The notes below the pieces were generated by a model that had not been told where the DNA came from, did not search any database, and saw only the letters and a list, made by a program, of their open reading frames with translations. A program made the translations under genes and the position numbers. 32,000 bases of DNA from Okeania sp. (GTDB lineage: Bacteria; Cyanobacteriota; Cyanobacteriia; Cyanobacteriales; Microcoleaceae). This document shows, piece after piece, positions 17,501-23,780 of this stretch. Every line of letters starts with the position of its first letter. Within the stretch, counting starts at the first letter, position 1. Where the stretch lies: positions 1 to 32,000 of the forward strand of contig NZ_JAYKGW010000171.1 in the NCBI RefSeq assembly GCF_035285525.1, in the 5' to 3' direction.

Positions 17501-19450
17501 AGGATAACAGGTGCTTTCTCCAATCAAAATCAGAATCTTGCTAGCATTTCTACCGCAGGAGAGTCAGCAGGAGGAAATATTGTGATCAGCACAGAAAAAG
17601 AATTTACCGTAGGAAATGCAGCAACTAACGGTTCTGTACAAACAATTACAAATGGAGAATTTACAATTTCCCCCAAGCACTCTCTATCTAGAAACTTTGA
17701 TCTACTCGATCTAAAAGAAATAGAAAACTCTCAATCAGAATTACAGGAAACATCCACCAAGAATAGAGAAAATGAATCATCTGTAAACACAAATGAAGAA
17801 GTACAAAAAGAACAAATAGTACCCCCAGAAACCAACAGAAACTCTCCAGTTTTAGGCAGTTCTGAAATGACTACCTCAGCGAGAGAAAATGTAGATAACC
17901 TCCAAGTATCTGAAGAAGAAGTTCCTGCATTAATGGTAGAAGAGCAAACTACAGAAGAATTAGAACCAACTAATCCCTCTCGACTTCTTTGGAAAAACCC
18001 AGAAGAAACTATTCTTGTACAAGATACAAACTCTGAAGGAACTATTATTTTAGAAGATACAAATTCTAATATAAACTCGTCAGTTTTTGAAGTTTCTGAG
18101 CCAACTATTGCTACAGAAAATTTTGCTGAAGGTAAGTTTTCAGAGGAACCAACCTCAAATATTGTGATAGAAGAAAATATGACTATTACTGCTTCAGAAA
18201 TTTCTGCTAAGGATAATTTCCCAATTAGATTAACAGATACAATATCTCAGATAGAGCTAACTAGAGGCAAAGAATTTGCTAGTTATTTAGGAGAAAATAT
18301 CTCTAGGAGAACTGCCACACCAGCAAACATTCGTGATACTCTCAGTAGTGTTGCTAAAATAGGCATCAAACCTGCAATTATATATGTTTCTGCACGATCT
18401 AATTATTTAGAATTACAATTATTTTTGCCCAATGGTAAACCAGTTGTTAAAAGTCTTAGAAAAAGCAGAGAAGAAGTAATTGAGGTTGCTAAAAAATTCA
18501 CGAATCAAATTAGAAATCCTAGTCAATTAGATTCTCGCAATTATTTAGAAAATTCTCAAATATTATATCAATGGTTAATTGAACCAATATATGGAGAACT
18601 GAGAAATAATCATATAAACATGATAATTTTTTCAATGGATAGTGGTTTAAGAACTCTTCCCATAGCCGCTCTATATGATAATGAGCGTAAACAATACCTA
18701 GTAGAAAAATATAGTTTAGCGTTAATTCCTAGTTTTAGTTTAACAGATACCAGATATACGGGATTAAAAGGCTCTCAAATTTTGGCAATGGGAGCATCTG
18801 AATTTCCTACTGATGCTAATCAAACTCCTCTACCCGCAGTACCTATAGAACTTAATGCTATTGTGAATAAATATTGGTCTGGTAAATCTTTTTTAAATCA
18901 ACAATTTACATTAAAAAATTTGCTGCAGCAACGCAGCAAAGAAAAATTCAAAATTATTCATTTAGCGACTCATGGAGAATTTCATCCAGGGGGTGCTGAT
19001 AATTCTTATATTCAATTTTGGGATACTAAGTTACGCTTGAATGAGTTCCGTCAGTTACGTTTGTATAGTCCCCAGGTAGAGTTATTGGTGTTGAGTGCTT
19101 GCACAACTGCGGTGGGGGATGAAGATGCTGAGTTAGGTTTTGCGGGGTTAGCAGTGCAAGCAGGAGTCAAGTCTGCTTTGGCAAGTCTTTGGTATGTTAG
19201 TGATACTGGTACATTAGCTTTAATGACTGAGTTTTATGAAAATTTGTCAAAAAGACCTATTAAAGCAGAAGCATTACGAGAAGCTCAGTTAGCAATGTTA
19301 AGGGGGGAAGTTCAGTTAGAAGATGGTCTGATACTCCGAAATGGTAATCCACTTTTGTCTTTACCACGGCAGTTAGTTGGAGGTGATCAGAAAGATTTAT
19401 CTCATCCCTATTATTGGGCAGGGTTTACGATGATCGGTTCGCCGTGGTGA
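14528..19450 (+). CDS. TpsA-like exoprotein: filamentous-haemagglutinin N-terminal (TPS) domain, beta-helix-like repeats, acidic linker, C-terminal CHAT protease domain
   Basis: 1640 aa. A leader ends ..PTALA-QS. The TPS domain spans aa ~54-175 (nt ~14687-15052) with NIFHSFSEF, ILTRVTGGDASVINGLIQ, NLFIMNPAGIIFG, DVPGSFVVTT. About 900 aa of G/N/S/T/I-rich repeats follow, then an E/S/N/T-rich linker (nt ~17690-18240). The CHAT domain occupies nt ~18245-19447 with IIHLATHGEF (His codon 18971) and LLVLSACTTAVG (Cys codon 19100), ending HPYYWAGFTMIGSPW. Confidence 0.85.
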   Translation: MKYVLVNKIYHILITVPLTGLWILDTATLFLSPPLKWGLGGYPTALAQSSPGPIVPEPNSTNTVVTPVKPSNNSDPTRFDITGGKRSRDNTNIFHSFSEFSLTESQIVNFISNPNIENILTRVTGGDASVINGLIQVTGGNSNLFIMNPAGIIFGANARLDVPGSFVVTTGSSIDFNSGSFNSTGKNNYNILTGNPAAFSFPINNLGVIINEGELTVEPGKSVVLLGGTIINTGKISAPGGEITISTILGEDLVRISQEGRLLNLEIKREDGESSSTNLSEELETLHPLSIPQLLTGNNEAMETATGVTVNGDNQVVLTGSNQVIPTDSGTTIISGYLDVSGTEDSELSNTSGINIFGEKVGLFDANLDASSINGSGNIRIGGDFSDLRNVPNATRIYVDEGTEISAKSSFSDGGNIVISSAEETTFFGKIEATGYIEKPSNSVELNSTKNRVEISSQGILIFDGTVNLGSANTLGDLSFKAENIKIVHSNIQLEDNSLTEQKATESQISQSSIETISNANIKIEAADNITINDLSEAELNLINTIGEISFIADSDQNGSGYFIIDSKNTINTQGAEINISGTTINTGNINTNGGELNLTSSQGFIMTNNLSTANLNIKLERNGGDINIDAQRNITTGEIDSSGKSRGGNITINSAASINTQNIISEGQQSGGNIEIASENTLNLQGISTSSDSTTTGNIFVSAREVNFLGGENSISSNGKLTIQSTSENNNITLGGFENTQALNLTTLELTALANGFSSINIGKSENSGTITIYSPENGDRNGVIFDDPVTIQAERITGKGTISGRDNANITLNAKGDISTGDISASGDINIRSNEGNIEIGNVNANTSNKIIGNIDIFSDDGSIKTGKLTTTRTTTTSEISGRDDANITLNANRDISTDDISVSGDINIRSNEGSIETGKLTTTRITRGGNIDIEAGDRLTTKEINSSAKSGKGGDVTLSAENDIEIFSIKAEGGNFGGDVEISTDDTLRITGAFSNQNQNLASISTAGESAGGNIVISTEKEFTVGNAATNGSVQTITNGEFTISPKHSLSRNFDLLDLKEIENSQSELQETSTKNRENESSVNTNEEVQKEQIVPPETNRNSPVLGSSEMTTSARENVDNLQVSEEEVPALMVEEQTTEELEPTNPSRLLWKNPEETILVQDTNSEGTIILEDTNSNINSSVFEVSEPTIATENFAEGKFSEEPTSNIVIEENMTITASEISAKDNFPIRLTDTISQIELTRGKEFASYLGENISRRTATPANIRDTLSSVAKIGIKPAIIYVSARSNYLELQLFLPNGKPVVKSLRKSREEVIEVAKKFTNQIRNPSQLDSRNYLENSQILYQWLIEPIYGELRNNHINMIIFSMDSGLRTLPIAALYDNERKQYLVEKYSLALIPSFSLTDTRYTGLKGSQILAMGASEFPTDANQTPLPAVPIELNAIVNKYWSGKSFLNQQFTLKNLLQQRSKEKFKIIHLATHGEFHPGGADNSYIQFWDTKLRLNEFRQLRLYSPQVELLVLSACTTAVGDEDAELGFAGLAVQAGVKSALASLWYVSDTGTLALMTEFYENLSKRPIKAEALREAQLAMLRGEVQLEDGLILRNGNPLLSLPRQLVGGDQKDLSHPYYWAGFTMIGSPW

Positions 19451-19472
19451 TATCAGTTTTTTCAGTTATTAG

Positions 19473-19500
19473 GAAGTAGGGAGTAGGGAGTAGGGAGTAG
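19473..19500 (-). repeat. STRR-like heptamer array, inverted relative to 14365-14412
   Basis: gaagtagggagtagggagtagggagtag is the reverse complement of the ctactccc-type array. It starts 23 bp after the TpsA-CHAT stop codon. Confidence 0.75.
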
Positions 19501-19521
19501 TTGAAGACTGAAGATATATAG

Positions 19522-19867
19522 GCGCGAGCTTTCCGGCTCGCACTGAAAATTGGCAGTTGTTAAGTTAGGGAAAACGCCAAAGGTGAAAAGCTAAAGTCTC
19601 CTTGGGGGAATCAGAAGGCGATCGCTTTCTGGGAGGGGGCGGGTCTAGTTAGTTGGTCGTTGTTAAGTTAGCTTACTGATGAGACCCGCCCCTACGGAGA
19701 TGGGGAAAACCGCCGTTTTTCAGTTCTGGGAGGGGGCGGGTCTAGTCAGCTTGTCGTTGAGAGCGTTAGCTTACTGATGAGACCCGCCCCTACGGAGATG
19801 GGGAAATCAGTTGTTAGTTGGAAGTAAACCCGCTAAATATACACACGCGCGAGCTTTTTGGCTCGCA
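19522..19867. repeat. Composite repeat: two gcgcgagcttt..ggctcgca hairpins bracketing two ~96-bp tandem units with GC hairpins
   Basis: Hairpins lie at 19522-19543 and 19847-19867. Tandem units lie at 19627-19708 and 19723-19806, each reading ttctgggagggggcgggtctag...ttagcttactgatgagacccgcccctacggagatggggaaa. The stem ggggcgggtc/gacccgcccc is related to the 8678-9009 family. Confidence 0.75.
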
Positions 19868-19895
19868 TTGGAAATGTTTTCAATTCTTGTTTAGC

Positions 19896-20852
19896 CTAAA
19901 TTAAATACCCCAAACCAGCTAGAGTATCTCCTGCTAACTCTTTCCAAAGAGCAATGTCTTCTGGTAAAAGTCCAGTTTGCCATTCTCCAATAGAACCTTG
20001 ACGAATATGTTTACCTTCTCCTTTGTTTTTTACTTTACTAATATCTGTTGCATCAATAATTTCATCAATTAGAGTTTCATCATAGTCTAAACCAATAAAA
20101 TCAAATATTTTGCTTATTTCTTTCTGTGGATAAGTACGGAGGTTTTCATAACGGACTGAATAAAGGCGATCGCTAATTTCTGAGTTTGCTTTAGCTATTT
20201 TTCCTCTCTCAATAGCTTTTTTCCATATTTGAATCACACTTTTTGTGCTTTGTTTTGCCCAACGAGCATTTTTTGATCTGGCTTGATAGGAAACACAAAT
20301 ATCGCGCCCATCTCGAATAATTTCTATACCTTTTGATTCAGGAAACTGATTTAAAATTACATCAATATAACGCAAATGTTGTGGTGTTTTTTCAAGAAGA
20401 ATATCCTTTTGAGTTCCTCCATTTTTTTCAAAAAAGCGATCAAACATTAACTTGTTTAATTTTTTGACTTTTGTTAAGTCATCTTCTGAACCAGAACTAG
20501 CTTTTGCTATTAATTCTTGTAGCTCTGTATAATTTACTAAATTATGAAGTCCAACTTTATCTTTGCCCTTTTGGTATGCCTCATAATGCTTGAAAATACC
20601 TTGCCAAATATCTTCTGATTTAAAACCTAATAACAATGGTTTTAAACCATAAAATTTTAATATCCATTTTGCTGACTTGAATCTTTTTTTTAGTTTCTGC
20701 TGTTTCAAATAGGTAAAGTAGTGGTAAGTTAGAGAATAAGCATGACTTTCTGATGGAACTTTTAGAATATTAGGATGAAGGCTAATTATTTTCGTCAACC
20801 AACTTGTACCAGAGCGGGGACAACCAACTACAAATAATTTACGGTACTTCAT
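19896..20852 (-). CDS. PAPS-dependent sulfotransferase family protein
   Basis: 318 aa. A 5'-PSB-like loop FVVGCPRSGTSWLTKII lies at the N-terminus, and a 3'-PB-like IIRDGRDICVSY lies mid-protein. Confidence 0.8.
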   Translation of the reverse strand: MKYRKLFVVGCPRSGTSWLTKIISLHPNILKVPSESHAYSLTYHYFTYLKQQKLKKRFKSAKWILKFYGLKPLLLGFKSEDIWQGIFKHYEAYQKGKDKVGLHNLVNYTELQELIAKASSGSEDDLTKVKKLNKLMFDRFFEKNGGTQKDILLEKTPQHLRYIDVILNQFPESKGIEIIRDGRDICVSYQARSKNARWAKQSTKSVIQIWKKAIERGKIAKANSEISDRLYSVRYENLRTYPQKEISKIFDFIGLDYDETLIDEIIDATDISKVKNKGEGKHIRQGSIGEWQTGLLPEDIALWKELAGDTLAGLGYLI

Positions 20853-20922
20853 TTTCTATCATTATGTATTTAATATCTTTAGTATAGAGGATAAGGGAGA
20901 GTCATTATAGCAATCTTAAATT

Positions 20923-20979
20923 AGTTGTGACCAATCAAAAAGTAAATAAAAAATTGAAACTTCTATCTGTTCCCTCTTC
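20923..20979 (+). repeat. Dispersed repeat family C, copy 3
   Basis: agttgtgaccaatcaaaaagtaaataaaaaattgaaacttctatctgttccctcttc aligns over ~55 nt with the reverse complement of copy 2. Confidence 0.6.
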
Positions 20980-20989
20980 TTTAAAAGTA

Positions 20990-21226
20990 ATGAAATTTTT
21001 TGTTGTAGATGATATTATAATTACTGGGAATAGTGAAATGGAGGGAGCAGAGAAACTTAAATAAGTGGGATTTAAAGTAGAAGATATGGTGGTATTTATT
21101 GACCAAAAAATAAGGTCTCAAGCTTCCTCTCTCAAAGGGATAAAAAATTTTCAATTCAGTATTTCTACCCTCTGGCAACAACTTCAAGGTACTGTTAATG
21201 TTTCGCTGCGCGACATGAATGCGTAG
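20990..21226 (+). pseudogene. 3' relic of a type I phosphoribosyltransferase gene (PyrE/orotate PRTase-like)
   Basis: One frame reads MKFFVVDDIIITGNSEMEGAEKLK*VGFKVEDMVVFIDQKIRSQASSLKGIKNFQFSISTLWQQL...* with an internal TAA at 21062 and a terminal TAG at 21224. VVDDxIxTGxS is the PRPP loop. The following G.kV...vV.iDq....L...GI....S.stL pattern parallels PyrE C-termini. The 5' two-thirds of the gene are absent. Confidence 0.5.
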
Positions 21227-21509
21227 CATTCCGCAGGAAAGTTCTGACCCAGGAGGCTAACTGATAACTGAAATTACCCCACTTCAAGAGGTAAACTTTT
21301 ATTAAGCAGAAGTTCAATATTACTACAAAAGTAGAGTATTATTACTAATAGCTGAATCCTTATATTAAAAGAGCGTAGATATCACAATAATTCAGTATCG
21401 ACTTTGACAGACATTGCTCAAACTTTATACTAGGTCTAACAAGATTAATTCTGAAAAATTTAATATCCTCAAAAGTAATCAATCATTAAACTCTAATTAT
21501 GTAATAACC

Positions 21510-22451
21510 ATGCACAAATTTTTATTAACCACAATTATTACTGGTTTGATATATACTTTACATATCCACTTTCAGCCAGTTTTTGCTAATCGAATCACTG
21601 AAGCTAACTATGACAATTTAAAAATTGGTATGACTTATCAGGAAGTCAAACAAATATTAGGTAAAGAAGGTCAAATTTATCCTGAATATAATAGTCCGGG
21701 TTTGGAAAATTTTTGGGTTGCTTATCGGTGGGTAAATAATGATGGTACAGGAATAACTGCTATCTTTAATTCTGAAAATAAGTTAATTAAATTAACTGCT
21801 CAAAATTTGAATACTACTAGCTTGGGAGCTAACAGAAAACTTACTGTAGTTACAAATAGAAATGTTGAAGAGATAAAAGTTGGCATGAGTTATGATGAAG
21901 TGACAAAAATTATTGGCAATAGAGGAACCAAACAGTCTAGTAGCAATAACTCTTTAACTAATCCTAATACTACTGAATATATTTGGCTTAATTCTGATGG
22001 TACAAGTCTGAGTATAGTTTTTAATTCTAATCAGAAAGCAGTAGCTATTAGAACCCAAAATATGAATACTTATAATTTTGGTAATCCTTTCTGGAATCAA
22101 CCTAAACCAGTTTATGCAATTACTAGAGAAAAGTATGAAAAATTGCAGTTAGGAATGACATACCAAGAAGTTAGAAATATCCTGAAAAAAGAAGGAGAAT
22201 TAGATACAGAATTTGATCCGGGAGCTTTTCAAAAATCAAGAGAGGCAAAGGAAATGCAACTTAATGGTACTGCTGATCACGAGGGTTTAGTTAATAGAGA
22301 ACAAGTAGTGCCAAATGAGGTGGAAGAAGGGGAGAAAATTAAGAATGCTTATCAATGGATGAATCCCGATCAAACAGGAATTAAAGTGGTTTTTAATATG
22401 CAAGATAGAGCAGTTGCTATATATACTTTTGGTTTGGGCGTTGGACTGTGA
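21510..22451 (+). CDS. Secreted protein with three BLIP-like / DUF3862-type (SmpA/OmlA-like) repeats
   Basis: The preferred start is ATG 21510 (MHKFLLTTIITGLIYTLHIHFQPVFA signal-like peptide); the track ORF opens at 21414. Three modules begin ITEANYDNLKIGMTYQEVKQILGKEG, VTNRNVEEIKVGMSYDEVTKIIGNRG and ITREKYEKLQLGMTYQEVRNILKKEG. Each ends in a W.N.DGT.I..VFN....... motif. Confidence 0.7.
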   Translation: MHKFLLTTIITGLIYTLHIHFQPVFANRITEANYDNLKIGMTYQEVKQILGKEGQIYPEYNSPGLENFWVAYRWVNNDGTGITAIFNSENKLIKLTAQNLNTTSLGANRKLTVVTNRNVEEIKVGMSYDEVTKIIGNRGTKQSSSNNSLTNPNTTEYIWLNSDGTSLSIVFNSNQKAVAIRTQNMNTYNFGNPFWNQPKPVYAITREKYEKLQLGMTYQEVRNILKKEGELDTEFDPGAFQKSREAKEMQLNGTADHEGLVNREQVVPNEVEEGEKIKNAYQWMNPDQTGIKVVFNMQDRAVAIYTFGLGVGL

Positions 22452-22884
22452 TAAAAAGGCAGAAGGAAAAAGGAAGAAGGTTTGAATTATGGTTTGCTGA
22501 AGAAGTCTTTTTGTATTTGGCAAGTAGGTAGGGATGCCCTTATGCAACTACCTACAGAGTCAAGAGGAATAGGAATTTATAGAGGAAGTAGTGAGAAAAA
22601 TATTTCTATAATTTTGCTGCTATCGTTAGCCTCAAATGCTAAATTTTTGATTTTTCGGGAACTGTACTTGAGAGACCTAAAAACTTGCACTTTTTTCTAA
22701 AAAGAGTGCAATCTTTATCTGTAAATACTTTGATATTTAATCAGCAAGCCCTATTTAGGATTTCTATAATATCTAAATCATAGACCAGTGGTTCTGTGTA
22801 AGTATTGTGAATAAAACTTTTATATAACACTAAAAACAATTGCTGATAGCTAATAGTTTACGGCTGAATACTTATAATTTTGCT

Positions 22885-23751
22885 ATGTCTAAAAATCAAA
22901 ATTGGTTAGGTTTAATGATTGGAAATTCCCGTTTACATTTTGGTTATTTTATAGGTGCAATTCCTCAAAAAACTTGGGATATTAACCATCTTGAGAACAA
23001 GGAAATTAAATCTTATTTCAATCAGGAAAAAGTAATAGAAAAAAAGCTAAAAAATATCTTAGAAACTAACAATATAAACTTGAATTATCGGATACCTTTG
23101 TTAATAGCATCAGTAGTTCCCGAACAAACAGCAATTTGGCAAACTTATCCTGATTCCGAGCTGATTACCTTAAATAATTTACCACTGCAAGGACTTTATT
23201 CTACCTTGGGAATAGATAGAGCTTTAGCAGTTTTGGGTGCAGGTACAAACTTTGGTTGGCCTATCTTAGTCATAGATGCTGGTACAGCAATGACCTTTAC
23301 TGGTGCTGATGCCGAAAAAAAAATAGTGGGGGGAGCTATTTTACCAGGATTAAAATTGCAGTTATCATCCTTATCACAAGGAACTGCGATGTTACCATCA
23401 ATTAATATACCTATAGAATTACCTCCAAGGTGGGCAAAACAAACAACAACAGCAATTCAAAGTGGAATTGTTTATACTATCTTGGCAGGTATGAAAGATT
23501 ATGTTATATCTTGGTTAGAAGAATTTCCTGAGAGTAAAATAGTATTCACTGGAGGCGATCGCTCTATACTATTGAGTCATTTCACAACCCTATTTCCCGA
23601 ATTAGCTGCAACTGTTATAGATGCACCTGATGTTATTTTTTGGGGAATGGTAAAGGTGTGGCAACAAACCGGACATGATATAATCAGGACTTACACAAAA
23701 AAACGTATTTCTGTCATTGCGAGCGACAGCGAAGCAATCTCAAATACCTAA
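22885..23751 (+). CDS. coaX: Type III pantothenate kinase
   Basis: WLGLMIGNSRLHFGYF (N-terminal phosphate-1 motif), LVIDAGTAMTF and IVFTGGD are typical of CoaX. ATG 22885 is preferred over TTG 22840. The C-terminal ~30 codons run into dispersed repeat sequence (23664-23778). Confidence 0.85.
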   Translation: MSKNQNWLGLMIGNSRLHFGYFIGAIPQKTWDINHLENKEIKSYFNQEKVIEKKLKNILETNNINLNYRIPLLIASVVPEQTAIWQTYPDSELITLNNLPLQGLYSTLGIDRALAVLGAGTNFGWPILVIDAGTAMTFTGADAEKKIVGGAILPGLKLQLSSLSQGTAMLPSINIPIELPPRWAKQTTTAIQSGIVYTILAGMKDYVISWLEEFPESKIVFTGGDRSILLSHFTTLFPELAATVIDAPDVIFWGMVKVWQQTGHDIIRTYTKKRISVIASDSEAISNT

Positions 23752-23778
23752 AACTCCTTCCCAATGCGTAAGTCCTGA
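23684..23778. mobile_element. Family B inverted-repeat element overlapping the 3' end of coaX
   Basis: tcaggacttacacaaaa (23684-) ... aatgcgtaagtcctga (-23778). The interior cattgcgagcgacagcgaagcaatc is a palindrome-rich motif. The coaX stop codon (23749-23751) lies inside the element. Confidence 0.6.
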
Positions 23779-23780
23779 TA

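Noticed and set aside
16849-17523. 224-aa ORF on the minus strand inside the TpsA-CHAT gene. Smaller antisense ORFs also lie at 14668-14871, 15091-15294, 16385-16585 and 16582-16815.
   Set aside because: They lie antisense to a strongly supported 1640-aa CDS within its low-complexity repeats. Their translations are low-complexity (S/P/I/F/V-rich) with no recognisable motif. They are typical shadow ORFs.
19676-19708. Possible hammerhead ribozyme: CUGAUGAG followed by a stem and GAAA, present in both 96-bp units (also 19774-19806).
   Set aside because: The nucleotide preceding GAAA is G, so it cannot form the canonical 10.1-11.1 G-C closing pair with the G after CUGAUGA. Helix II would need a 6-nt bulge (gacccg). 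I could not find a helix I hairpin directly 5' of CUGAUGA or a NUH cleavage site with a complementary helix III. The ctgatgag sits at the position where sister repeats at 8900-8910 and 8990-9000 have ctgaaaaa/gtgaaaaa, so it is most simply a variant of a DNA repeat family. It is kept only as a check within a finding.
20981-21229. 82-aa minus-strand ORF upstream of the sulfotransferase gene.
   Set aside because: It is exactly antisense to the plus-strand PRTase relic (20990-21226), which has recognisable motifs. The minus-strand translation is low-complexity with no motif.
22287-22700. ORFs 22287-22547 (-) and 22482-22700 (+) between the BLIP-like gene and coaX.
   Set aside because: The first overlaps the 3' end of the supported CDS 21510-22451 in antisense. 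The second has no motif and an implausible composition. Both are short and mutually overlapping.
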